Part shown: in pieces, positions 16,948-26,509 of the stretch
Layout: every line of letters begins with the position of its first letter
How positions within the stretch are numbered: position 1 is the stretch's first letter
Source: an uncultured bacterium
GTDB taxonomy: Bacteria; Hydrothermota; Tepidihabitantia; SM23-42; JAOAFX01
DNA: 64,000 nucleotides
Assembly: GCA_964559225.1 (NCBI GenBank)
Contig: CAZLGA010000002.1
Span: 11,837 to 75,836, forward strand
Direction: 5' to 3'
Notes under the pieces: generated by a model
Seen by the model: only the letters and a program-made list of their open reading frames with translations
The model's database searches: none
What the model was told of the DNA's origin: nothing
Program-made: the position numbers and the translations under genes

Positions 16948-18207
16948 TTATCGCGCTAATACCGCAGTCTTTTTTGCCTTTGTGATGTTATTAAGATAGT
17001 GATATTCAAGATAGACAATATACATTCCTGTTGGTGCATTGCCCTTTACCGTCTTGCCATTCCAAAATAAAGTTCCTTTATCAGAATCAATGGGCATTTT
17101 TTTGCATAAGTCGCAGATTTTAATTCCTCGTGAATCATAAATTGATATTGTAAGTTCACCACCGGGTTGAGGTAATCGATAATCGATTTGAAGTTCATCA
17201 TTATAACCATCACCGTCAGGCGTAAATATTGCGGGTGTAAGGCATAGTTCACCAACTTTGCCGAGGACGAGCAATTTTTTAAAGGCGGTGTTATTGTTTA
17301 AATTTTTATCTTCGGCAAATTCTATTTTAAATCCAAGATTGTGTTCTCCCTGATATGGTTTCACATATTCATGATATAGAAAGGTTGTATCAAATGCACC
17401 GACTGGTTCGCCGGTAATATTCCAAAGTAATTCAGAATTTTCAAGAATTTTGTCATTATTTTTGTCATCAAAGATTAATAGACTATAATCAATTGAAGAC
17501 CTTATTCCTGAGTTTATTATTCCAATGCTTATTTTAACATCTTCGCCTGCCTCTACTTTCGCGGGTATAAATGAAATCAAATCGGCACCAAGTCCAAGGT
17601 CAAATGCATCAGTTACACTATTTGTATAACCGGGTGTGCAACCAGAGGCACTAATACTGGGATGCCAGTTTGTAATTGTGTCGGGTAAGCTATAATCAAT
17701 TCTTTCCCAGGAAATGCCATCCCCGGGATTTTTAGGAAAATTATCTCCAATGTATGGTGTCCCAAAGCTCGTGGTACAGGCAGCACTGATTGAAAAAACA
17801 ATTATCGGGTCATTCGTTGCGAGCCCATCGCCAATTGATGTATCATCTGTTGTTAATATCAGAATTCCCGGAGGTATATTATATGGCTGACAATTTATGG
17901 AATCCGGAACAATATATTCACGGTCAAGTATCAAAGCATAAGAATAGGGATAAATAATGGTAGAATGAATACGGACAGCAGGGTATTTTATTAAGATTGA
18001 TTCATTTTCCCATGCACATATTTCATCCGGGTTTGCATCAAAATCAGAAACAAGGTAGCCGTTCAAATCAATCGTATCGGAACTTTGATTGTAAATTTCC
18101 ACAAATTCATTTCTGTCTCCGTAGGGATTTTCCGGTCCTTTTACATTGGACATTACTTCAGTTATAATTAGTCGTGAGTTGCTTATTAGTATAAAGAGAA
18201 TTACCAT
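16948..18207 (-). CDS. Secreted lamin-tail-domain (LTD) protein with a T9SS type-B (gliding-motility-associated) C-terminal sorting domain.
   Basis: LTD motif LIITEVMSNVKG...NEFVEIYNQSSDTIDLNGYLVSD. C-terminal FTPDGDGYNDELQI...ISIYDSRGIKI matches the type-B CTD pattern FSPNGDGxND. Confidence 0.7.
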   Translation of the reverse strand: MVILFILISNSRLIITEVMSNVKGPENPYGDRNEFVEIYNQSSDTIDLNGYLVSDFDANPDEICAWENESILIKYPAVRIHSTIIYPYSYALILDREYIVPDSINCQPYNIPPGILILTTDDTSIGDGLATNDPIIVFSISAACTTSFGTPYIGDNFPKNPGDGISWERIDYSLPDTITNWHPSISASGCTPGYTNSVTDAFDLGLGADLISFIPAKVEAGEDVKISIGIINSGIRSSIDYSLLIFDDKNNDKILENSELLWNITGEPVGAFDTTFLYHEYVKPYQGEHNLGFKIEFAEDKNLNNNTAFKKLLVLGKVGELCLTPAIFTPDGDGYNDELQIDYRLPQPGGELTISIYDSRGIKICDLCKKMPIDSDKGTLFWNGKTVKGNAPTGMYIVYLEYHYLNNITKAKKTAVLAR

Positions 18208-18256
18208 AACATATATTACAAATTTTATTTATAGTGTCAAGTATTGTTTATAAATC

Positions 18257-18961
18257 TTGACCCTGTTGACTTTTGTTCTATTCTGGTTATATTTTTATGT
18301 GAAAGTTTTCGCAATCATTGTTGGTGCTGGAAAAGGAAAACGTTTTGGCGGACCGAAGCAGTTTTTCGATGTTTTGGGCAAGCCACTTATTGTTCATACT
18401 GCTGAATGTTTTGAAAAAAACAGATCTGTGGATAAGATAATAGTTGTTGTTCCCAAAAATATGATAAAAAAGATAGAAAGAGTTATGAACAATTTCGGAT
18501 TAAAAAAAATTCAGAAGGTTGTTTCTGGGGGCAAAAGAAGGCAGGATTCGGTTTTAAATGGTGTCAAGACTATTAAAGATGAACATGGAATAGTAATAAT
18601 CCATGATGCGGTGAGACCATTTATTACTCAGAGATTAATAAATCGCGGGATAAAATTATGCAAGAAATATAAGTCGGTCATATTCGGAACACCGGTCTTT
18701 GACACATTGAAACTTGTCAAAGGAAATAAAGTAGTTTATACGGTCCCGCGAATATCACCATATGCGATTCAGACTCCCCAATTTTTTGACATCAAATATT
18801 TAAGAGAGGCTTACAAAAAAGTCAATTTCAAAAATGAATTTACTGACGAGGCAGGTATCATTGAGAATGCGGGAATGGGTGTATTTGTCTTTAAGGGCGA
18901 GCCGAACAATATCAAGATAACAACAAAAAAAGATTTAAGATTCTTAAAAATAAAAAAATAA
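18257..18961 (+). CDS. ispD: 2-C-methyl-D-erythritol 4-phosphate cytidylyltransferase. The true start is probably GTG near 18298; the ORF track begins at an upstream TTG.
   Basis: AIIVGAGKGKRFGGPKQF nucleotide-binding motif. Length and position (upstream of dxr) fit IspD. Confidence 0.8.
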   Translation: MTLLTFVLFWLYFYVKVFAIIVGAGKGKRFGGPKQFFDVLGKPLIVHTAECFEKNRSVDKIIVVVPKNMIKKIERVMNNFGLKKIQKVVSGGKRRQDSVLNGVKTIKDEHGIVIIHDAVRPFITQRLINRGIKLCKKYKSVIFGTPVFDTLKLVKGNKVVYTVPRISPYAIQTPQFFDIKYLREAYKKVNFKNEFTDEAGIIENAGMGVFVFKGEPNNIKITTKKDLRFLKIKK

Positions 18962-18964
18962 ATT

Positions 18965-20101
18965 ATGAGAAAAGTAATAATATTTGGCTCTACTGGTTCA
19001 ATTGGATTGAACACAATTAAAGTTTTAAAAAAATTAAAGAAATATAAAATTGTTGGTTTAGCAACTTATTCAAATTACAAACTTTTGCACAAGCAGATAA
19101 ATGCATTAAGACCCCAATATGCTGTTCTGGTTGATAAACGATACTACACTGGACTAAAACAATTTTACAAAAAAAAGAATATTCTGTTCGGTGAAGATGG
19201 ATTATATGAAATGATAGAAAAATCTTATGCTGATATACTTGTTGCGGCATTTTCAAGTGCAATTGGCATATATGCAATTCTTGCCGCAATTAAGAAAGCT
19301 ATGAGAATATGCCTCGCGACAAAAGAGATACTTGTAAGTTTTGGTGAAGTTGTAATGCGCGAGGTAAAAAAGAGTAATGGAGAATTGATACCAGTGGATA
19401 GTGAACATTCAGCGATATACCAGTGCCTTGAAGGTAGAAAACCAGACGAGATTGATAAAATTATCCTCACTGCAAGTGGTGGTCCGTTTTTAAAACGTTC
19501 CTTAAAAAATGTTCGTAAATCAGATGTCCTGAAACATCCTGTCTGGAATATGGGTAAAAAAATAACAGTTGATTCGGCAACGATGATGAATAAGGCACTG
19601 GAGATTATAGAAGCGCACCATCTTTTTAGTATTCCCCCTGAGAAAATAAAGGTTGTAATACATCCTGAGGCAATCTGTCATTCTTTAGTCCAATTTATTG
19701 ATGGTACTTTAATCGGTCAATTTTCTCGTCCCGATATGAAATTGCCCATCCAATATGCATTGACCGCCCCCCAGAGAATGCCATCACTTGTAAAATCAAT
19801 AGCGCTTGATAAAATAAAACAGTTAAATTTTCTCACTCCAGATTATAAGAAATTTCTTGGATTAAATTTAGCCTATGATGCATTAAGGATTGGAAAAAGT
19901 ATGCCGGCGGTCCTTAATGGTGCGAATGAAGCAGCGGTCAAGGCATTCCTTGATGATAAATTAAAATTTCAGGACATCACCACTATTATTAAAAAAGCAA
20001 TGTCAGCCCACAATCCTGTGTCAGGAGGTATTGAAGAATACAGGCAGGCTGAGATATGGGCAAAAGAATTTGTTCGCACCGAGATAAAAAAAAGGAGGTA
20101 A
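18965..20101 (+). CDS. dxr: 1-deoxy-D-xylulose 5-phosphate reductoisomerase.
   Basis: MRKVIIFGSTGSIGLNTIKVL NADPH-binding N-terminus, 378 aa. The classic dxr-rseP arrangement follows. Confidence 0.9.
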   Translation: MRKVIIFGSTGSIGLNTIKVLKKLKKYKIVGLATYSNYKLLHKQINALRPQYAVLVDKRYYTGLKQFYKKKNILFGEDGLYEMIEKSYADILVAAFSSAIGIYAILAAIKKAMRICLATKEILVSFGEVVMREVKKSNGELIPVDSEHSAIYQCLEGRKPDEIDKIILTASGGPFLKRSLKNVRKSDVLKHPVWNMGKKITVDSATMMNKALEIIEAHHLFSIPPEKIKVVIHPEAICHSLVQFIDGTLIGQFSRPDMKLPIQYALTAPQRMPSLVKSIALDKIKQLNFLTPDYKKFLGLNLAYDALRIGKSMPAVLNGANEAAVKAFLDDKLKFQDITTIIKKAMSAHNPVSGGIEEYRQAEIWAKEFVRTEIKKRR

Positions 20102-20102
20102 G

Positions 20103-21401
20103 GTGTTATTGATCACAGTAATTGCATTTCTCTTTATTCTCGGGTTTTCCATTACTATTCATGAATTTGGTCATTTTATATTTGCCAAAATTTTTCGTAT
20201 TCCGGTAGAAAAGTTTTCTATTGGTTTTGGCCCGCCGATAATAAAAAAGAAAATCGGTGAAACTGATTTTAGAATTGCATATTTACCTGTTGGTGGTTAT
20301 GTGAAAATGGCAGGTGAGGAAGATGCTGAAATTCCTTTTTCAAAACAGAATCTTAAATTACCAGAAAATCAAGTTCCGGGCTTTTATGAAGCACCTTTAT
20401 TCCATCGAATAATGGTTGTCCTTAGCGGTCCTGTGTTTAATATATTTTCTGGAGCATTTGTGTTAATTGTTCTTTATATGTTTTTCGGATTATATGTAAA
20501 TCCGCATTTGCGAATAAAAGTTGAAGATGGAAGTTATGCAGAAAGATTGGGATTAAAAAATCTTGATTCACTTATTGCTATAAATGGCTTGTCTATAAGT
20601 TACTGGGATGAGATAGAAAGAATATTTGAAGCAAAAAAAGACAGTGTTATAAAATTTACAATCAAAAGAGAATTTCAAATATTAGAAATGGATTTAGTTG
20701 TGAATCCTGAATCACTTGATTTGAGACCTTTTGTGCCACCAGTAGTTGGCTCTCTTAAAATAGATGGACCAGCACACAAGGCAGGAATGGCAAATAATGA
20801 CACCATCATAAGTATCGAGGGAGAAAAAATTGAAACCTGGGATGACTTTGTGTCAATAGTCCGCAGGTCTAAGAATGTGTCATTAAATATAACCTGGAAA
20901 CACAACAATGAATTGAAATCAGCAGTAATAACCCCGCAACCTTATTATGACCCTATATTAAGAGATACGATTGGTCAAATTGGTATTGTTATGTCATTGA
21001 AGAAGATCAATATTAAACCGGGTAGGGCAGTGCTAATGGCTATAAATCGCTCAGTAGAATTGATCTATTTGACACTCAAGATCTTTTATCAACTAATAAA
21101 AGGCGAAATTTCAAGAAAAGCGCTGGGAGGTCCAATTGCTATTGCCAGGCTTACTGGAGAATCAGCTCGCTGGGGGTTTGAGAATTTATTGAGTTTATTG
21201 AGTGTAATATCTATAAACCTTGGGCTTGTAAATCTCTTTCCTATTCCAGCATTAGATGGAGGTCACATAGTCATTGCACTAATCGAAGGTCTCCGAAAGA
21301 AACGATTCAGTAAAAGGACAAGATTGGTGATTCAACAAATAGGTTTTGCCATAATCATAATGCTTATTATTTGTATTACACTTAACGACCTTACGAGATG
21401 A
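20103..21401 (+). CDS. rseP: Site-2 protease RseP (M50 zinc metalloprotease with PDZ domains).
   Basis: HExxH (ITIHEFGHFIFAK). Multi-TM. Internal PDZ-like segments. Located downstream of dxr. Confidence 0.88.
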   Translation: MLLITVIAFLFILGFSITIHEFGHFIFAKIFRIPVEKFSIGFGPPIIKKKIGETDFRIAYLPVGGYVKMAGEEDAEIPFSKQNLKLPENQVPGFYEAPLFHRIMVVLSGPVFNIFSGAFVLIVLYMFFGLYVNPHLRIKVEDGSYAERLGLKNLDSLIAINGLSISYWDEIERIFEAKKDSVIKFTIKREFQILEMDLVVNPESLDLRPFVPPVVGSLKIDGPAHKAGMANNDTIISIEGEKIETWDDFVSIVRRSKNVSLNITWKHNNELKSAVITPQPYYDPILRDTIGQIGIVMSLKKINIKPGRAVLMAINRSVELIYLTLKIFYQLIKGEISRKALGGPIAIARLTGESARWGFENLLSLLSVISINLGLVNLFPIPALDGGHIVIALIEGLRKKRFSKRTRLVIQQIGFAIIIMLIICITLNDLTR

Positions 21402-22705
21402 AGATTCTATTTTATTATCCGGTTTCATCCGCAAAAAGATTTGAACCGCTCATTGCAATTAAGGGAAGTGCATTTTTTCGCAGACCTAATTATGATGCGA
21501 TACGACTTGCGTATCTATCAAAAAACCATTATTTTTATTATTTTGATGAAAGAACCGAAGAAAGACCCGAAATCACACCAGATTTGATTGTTTTTCCTGT
21601 CCCCCTTGCACTGGCATATTATACCCAAACTTTGGCACAACAGTATCAAAAAATAGGTGCCAAGACGGTCGCCTATGGTGTTTATCCATCGTTATTTTTG
21701 GCTGAAGCAAAAAAGTATTTTGATGTGGTAGTCAGGGGTGACATAACAGCAGTCTGGGAAAGGATTCTCAACGACTATGAAAATAAAGAAATAGCTGATG
21801 TTTATGAGGCAGGGGAGACAAAAGTAAGTTTTAAAACGCAACGTGAGTTTGAGAAAAAATATGGTTTAACGCCGATAATTTCTCAATTAAGAACTTCCTA
21901 TGGATGCTTCTGTAGCAATGAGTTTAAAGACTATTGCTACGAAAGTGTCATTTATAAAAAAGAGCAATTCTGGAATCCTAAAGAAGTTTACCAAGAGGTG
22001 TCGAGAATAGGTCGAAAGATGATATATATAATGGATGATGATTTTTTAAATAATCTTGACTATGCCTGTGAAATTCTCCGTGAATGCTGGCGGTTTAAAA
22101 AGATGTGGATATTCCAAACTAGTAGTTTGCTTTTCAAACATCACTGGCTTATTAACTTTTTAAAAGAGCATGGTGCACGCATAATATACCTGAAAGAAGA
22201 TTGGTTAGCTACTAATCTCGTAAATGATATTTACAGGCGGGAGTTTATAAGGCAAAAGGAATACGAAGTAAATATGATACATGGAAGTAGAATGACCGTT
22301 GGCACGAAGATTATTCTTGGTTTTGAAGGCGAAACTGCACAGTTTTTCAGAGATTTCTTAAAATTTTTGATTAATATCAAACTTGATTTTGTGGAAATTG
22401 CTGTGCGCACACCGTTGCCTTTTACCGAGACATATAAAAAGCTGGAGAAAAATAAACGAATTAACAAAGATCTTTCTTTATATGACCGATGGATGCCAGT
22501 GGTAAGGCTCGATGGAATCGCCCAGAATGAATTGTATAGTTGGCTTGAGTTATTAAGGGATAGTTTTTATTCCTGGGATTCAATCTTACGGCGTTTAATA
22601 CTTGTGGCACCACAGCTTGGATTTTACAATACTATGTTTTTCTATCTTGTTCCCAATCTTTCTTATCGTGATAATTTTCTTGAAAAAGTAGGTTATCCAC
22701 CTTAA
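21398..22705 (+). CDS. Hypothetical protein. It has a possible B12-binding/radical-SAM-like fold, but the canonical CxxxCxxC is degenerate (SYGCFCSNEF).
   Basis: 435 aa, translationally coupled to rseP. The motif context resembles SRGCPYRCSFC with a deletion. No firm family assignment is possible by eye. Confidence 0.45.
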   Translation: MKILFYYPVSSAKRFEPLIAIKGSAFFRRPNYDAIRLAYLSKNHYFYYFDERTEERPEITPDLIVFPVPLALAYYTQTLAQQYQKIGAKTVAYGVYPSLFLAEAKKYFDVVVRGDITAVWERILNDYENKEIADVYEAGETKVSFKTQREFEKKYGLTPIISQLRTSYGCFCSNEFKDYCYESVIYKKEQFWNPKEVYQEVSRIGRKMIYIMDDDFLNNLDYACEILRECWRFKKMWIFQTSSLLFKHHWLINFLKEHGARIIYLKEDWLATNLVNDIYRREFIRQKEYEVNMIHGSRMTVGTKIILGFEGETAQFFRDFLKFLINIKLDFVEIAVRTPLPFTETYKKLEKNKRINKDLSLYDRWMPVVRLDGIAQNELYSWLELLRDSFYSWDSILRRLILVAPQLGFYNTMFFYLVPNLSYRDNFLEKVGYPP

Positions 22706-22788
22706 TAATGAATTGCGTTAAAGTTATTTAATTATATCTTGATGTGGTTTTTTTCTGTTAATATAATTTATTATAGAGAAGAGGTACA

Positions 22789-23028
22789 ATGAAGCGGTTT
22801 ATATTTTTTCTGTCTTTTATAGCGACAGGGGCTTTATCTGCCCAGACAATGATAGTGAGGGTCTATGGCAGATGGGAAGACCTTACTTCCATATCACCAA
22901 AATATAATCTTGATATTGCCACAGGAAGAATGAATGAATGGTATGACATCGTTGCAGACTACAATACAGCAGACAGATTCCTGATTCAATTTTATGTGCC
23001 CAGAAAGGAAGTTATATGGCTTCCTTAA
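22789..23028 (+). CDS. N-terminal fragment (signal peptide plus 60 aa) of a T9SS cargo protein. It is the 5' part of a frameshifted gene that continues at 23016.
   Basis: MKRFIFFLSFIATGALSAQ signal peptide. The ORF terminates 12 nt after an out-of-frame ATG that opens the CTD-bearing ORF. Confidence 0.5.
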   Translation: MKRFIFFLSFIATGALSAQTMIVRVYGRWEDLTSISPKYNLDIATGRMNEWYDIVADYNTADRFLIQFYVPRKEVIWLP

Positions 23029-23813
23029 TCCTGCGTCTCGGTGGCGGAACTTATTCACCGAGTCATATGAGTGGATTGAGCGGCTCAAGCATAGACTGGT
23101 TCTATAGTTATAACCATTATTTAAACGGTATATCAAATCTTGCATACCTGGCAGAAATCGGTACGGCATTCTATCAATCCATAAATGACCTTGATATAAT
23201 CTTTCGCGAAAATTTTAAAGCCTTAAAATATCTTGCTCGCTTTACTGATTCTATTGTTTATCTCTGCGAAGGAGTAGTTCCGCCTCCAGTGATATACCCA
23301 TTAGATACGGTCGGGCAGACTGTGTGTTTATTTAATAATGTTAATGTGATTGCGAATAATATAACGGATACGACATATGCCTTTACGAATCATGCGGTGG
23401 GTGAGTATTATTATTATGTTCGTGGTTATAACACAACCTGGGGTTGGGGTGGTTATTCTTGTCTGGAAAAGATTGTAGTGAGCGATGTGGGATTTCCCGA
23501 AATAAAGCATAATGATAAAAAAGGGTTTATGTTTTCAGTGTATCCGAATCCTTTCACGAATTACTGCGTGATTAAATTTCAATTTGCCACGCATCCACAA
23601 TTCGAAATTATTTCTAAATTAGCCAGTATAAAGATTTTTGATAGTCGTGGTCGTTTGGTAAAATCATTTAACCATTTAATCAATTGCTCATTTGACCAAG
23701 TTGTGTGGTCTGGTGAAGGTGATTCGGGTCGGCTTTTACCTGTTGGTGTCTATTTTGTGCGGCTGGAGACAGAGAATTTCAAGAAGGTAGAAAAGATCAT
23801 TATTTTGAGATAG
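23016..23813 (+). CDS. C-terminal part of a T9SS type-A sorting-domain protein. It has no signal peptide of its own and is probably a single gene with 22789-23028.
   Basis: C-terminal FSVYPNPFTNYCVIKFQF...IKIFDSRGRLVKSF...GVYFVRLETENFKKVEKIIILR is a Por-secretion tail. Confidence 0.6.
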   Translation: MASLILRLGGGTYSPSHMSGLSGSSIDWFYSYNHYLNGISNLAYLAEIGTAFYQSINDLDIIFRENFKALKYLARFTDSIVYLCEGVVPPPVIYPLDTVGQTVCLFNNVNVIANNITDTTYAFTNHAVGEYYYYVRGYNTTWGWGGYSCLEKIVVSDVGFPEIKHNDKKGFMFSVYPNPFTNYCVIKFQFATHPQFEIISKLASIKIFDSRGRLVKSFNHLINCSFDQVVWSGEGDSGRLLPVGVYFVRLETENFKKVEKIIILR

Positions 23814-23884
23814 TGTTATTTTATGTCTACCTTTGGTCCAGCCTCTTTAATTTTTTGTTATAAAGTAAAACTTGAAAGGAGAAA

Positions 23885-25162
23885 ATGATGCTGAATCTCA
23901 TTACATTTATATTTTCTTTTCAGCCCATTAATGTTTATGAATATCAACTTGATAATGGGCTGAAAATTTTGGTATACGAAGACCATTTTGCACCAGTAGT
24001 TGCGACTCAAATTCATTATAAGGTAGGTTCATATAATGAATTCCTTGGCTGTACCGGTATTTCCCATTTGTTAGAACACATGGCATTCAGGGGTACTAAA
24101 AATTATGGTCCCAAAGAATATGACCGCATCATTGGGGAGGCCGGTGGTGAAGAAAATGCATTTACCTCAACCCATCAGACCGTTTATTGGGCTAATCTTT
24201 ATAAAGACCGTTATGAATTAGAATTGATGTTAGAATCAGATCGTATGCAGAATTTGCTCATTGCTGAGAAAGAATTTATACCAGAAAAGGGTGTGGTAAT
24301 GGAAGAGCGGAGGCTCGGTGAGAATGATCCCTACGGAACTTTCTTTGAAATGATGGACCAAATGACTTATCTTTATCATCCGTATCGGAATCCTACAATT
24401 GGCTACATGATTGATTTACAAAATATCACACGTGATGATGTGTTTAATTGGTACAAAAAATACTACAATCCCTCAAATGCAATAATTGTTGTTAGCGGGG
24501 CTGTTAATAAAGAAGAGGTAGTCAAACTCGTAAAAAAATATTACGGTAAAATAAAGGGTAATCCAGTAAAAGAGGTTGAATATTTTGAACCGCTACAAAA
24601 TGGTGAAAGGAGGTTTAAATTGTATAAAGATGTAAATTTTCCAGTTCTGGCGATAAATTATCGCACAGTATCAATTAATCATCCTGATGTTTATGCCCTT
24701 GATGTTATAAGTAAGATACTGTCTTATGGTAAATCATCAAGATTTGAAAAAATTCTCATAAGAGAGAAGGAACTGGCTACAAATATAAATGTGTATACTG
24801 CTTCTACAAAATACGACGGCACATTTTTTATTTTTGCTATACCCCAGGCAGGGATTAATAATGAAGAACTTGAAAAGGAAATATATTCCGAGATTAATTT
24901 ATTGAAAAGTGGTGCTATAACCGATGCTGAGATAGAAAAGGCAAAAAATCAAACCCTTGCTCAATTTGTTTTTCGCCAGGATTCACCTACCGGGATGGGT
25001 TTTACAATTGGATATTGGGAGATTATAAGTGGTTCCTGGAAGAATATTAATATTTATCCACAAAAAATTCTTGAGTTAACGAAGAATGATATAGCGCGTG
25101 TTGCTGAAAAGTATTTTACCGAAGATAATAGGACAGTAGGATATTTACTGCCACGGAGGTAG
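23885..25162 (+). CDS. M16 family zinc peptidase (pitrilysin/insulinase-like), the active subunit.
   Basis: Inverted zinc motif HxxEH (GISHLLEHMAFRGT). 425 aa. Confidence 0.85.
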   Translation: MMLNLITFIFSFQPINVYEYQLDNGLKILVYEDHFAPVVATQIHYKVGSYNEFLGCTGISHLLEHMAFRGTKNYGPKEYDRIIGEAGGEENAFTSTHQTVYWANLYKDRYELELMLESDRMQNLLIAEKEFIPEKGVVMEERRLGENDPYGTFFEMMDQMTYLYHPYRNPTIGYMIDLQNITRDDVFNWYKKYYNPSNAIIVVSGAVNKEEVVKLVKKYYGKIKGNPVKEVEYFEPLQNGERRFKLYKDVNFPVLAINYRTVSINHPDVYALDVISKILSYGKSSRFEKILIREKELATNINVYTASTKYDGTFFIFAIPQAGINNEELEKEIYSEINLLKSGAITDAEIEKAKNQTLAQFVFRQDSPTGMGFTIGYWEIISGSWKNINIYPQKILELTKNDIARVAEKYFTEDNRTVGYLLPRR

Positions 25163-26499
25163 TGATGATAAAAAATATCATTTACTTTTTATTAAGTCTG
25201 GTGGTATTTTTAAATTTTACTTTTGCATTTAATATTCAGAGAGATACGCTTGAAAATGGCTTTGTGATGCTTTTAAGTGAAGCACACAAAATACCGATGG
25301 TTGAACTGAAAATTATTGTTAAATCAGGTAGTGTGTTTGACCCACCTGGTAAAGAAGGTCTTGCAAATTTGACTACAAAGATGTTATTGAGGGGCACGGA
25401 ACTTAATAAAGGGGACGAATTGATTGAAAAAATTGAATATCTTGGTGCAAATATTAATGTGAATGCACAAGAAGATTACATTGAAATTTCAGGTCGTGCA
25501 TTGAGCAAACATCTTTTTATATTAATGGACATTGTCTCAGAATGTTTGCAAAAACCTGCTTTTGATACCACAGAATTAAAAAAACTACAAAGAAAGACAT
25601 ATTCCGAAATTTTAAGTCAGTTAGATGACCCATTTTATGTTGGTCAGGTTGCGTTTAGAAGTCTGCTCTTCGGGACCCATCCACTTAACCACGACCCGCT
25701 CGGTTTTGATTCCACAATTATGAAGATAAGTATAACGGATATAAAAAATTTTTATAATACTTATTTCGTTCCGAATAATGCTGCAATTATTCTGGTCGGC
25801 GATTTTAATACTGACTCCGTCAAAGAGGGGATTAAAAAATATTTCTCTAATTGGAAGAGAAAAAACATTCCAGATTTTTCGGTTCAATTACCTGAATTCA
25901 AAGGCAAGAAAGGAATGATAATAAACAGAGATCTATCGCAATCTTATATCTTCCTTGGATTTTTTGGCCCGAATAATAAAATATCAGATTGGATACCGAC
26001 GCGGATAATGAACTATATACTGGGGGGTTCGGGTCTAACTTCGCGGCTCGCCACCGAAATTCGCGAAAAAAGAGGACTTGCTTATAGCGTATATTCATTC
26101 TTTGACCGTTATAATTTAGGGGGCTATTTTCTCGCCGGGGTGCAAACCAAAAACGAGTCTGCTGATGAAGCTATTAATTTGATTTTACAAGAAATAAAAC
26201 GGATGGCTGAGGGTGCCAGCACTGATGAGCTTGAATGGGCAAAAAAGTACTATATTGGAAATTTTCCACTTAATTTTGATACCTATCGTGAAATGACAAA
26301 TTTTATCACAAGAATTGAGATTGAGAATTTGGGGCTTGATTATCCAGACAAATACGAACAAATGGTTAAGAAAGTTACAATAAAAGATATAAAGGAGTCA
26401 GCACTAAAGTATCTTAAACCAGATGATTTTTGTCTTGTCATTGTTGGAAATATTAATGAAGAGATGATTAAGATACAAGGTGTAGAGTGGATTAAATAA
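25162..26499 (+). CDS. M16 family peptidase partner subunit. It has a signal peptide and no HxxEH motif.
   Basis: N-terminal hydrophobic signal. M16 C-terminal-domain-like sequence. Overlapping start (ATGATG), which is the typical paired arrangement. Confidence 0.75.
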   Translation: MMIKNIIYFLLSLVVFLNFTFAFNIQRDTLENGFVMLLSEAHKIPMVELKIIVKSGSVFDPPGKEGLANLTTKMLLRGTELNKGDELIEKIEYLGANINVNAQEDYIEISGRALSKHLFILMDIVSECLQKPAFDTTELKKLQRKTYSEILSQLDDPFYVGQVAFRSLLFGTHPLNHDPLGFDSTIMKISITDIKNFYNTYFVPNNAAIILVGDFNTDSVKEGIKKYFSNWKRKNIPDFSVQLPEFKGKKGMIINRDLSQSYIFLGFFGPNNKISDWIPTRIMNYILGGSGLTSRLATEIREKRGLAYSVYSFFDRYNLGGYFLAGVQTKNESADEAINLILQEIKRMAEGASTDELEWAKKYYIGNFPLNFDTYREMTNFITRIEIENLGLDYPDKYEQMVKKVTIKDIKESALKYLKPDDFCLVIVGNINEEMIKIQGVEWIK

Positions 26500-26509
26500 T
26501 ACTTGTTTT

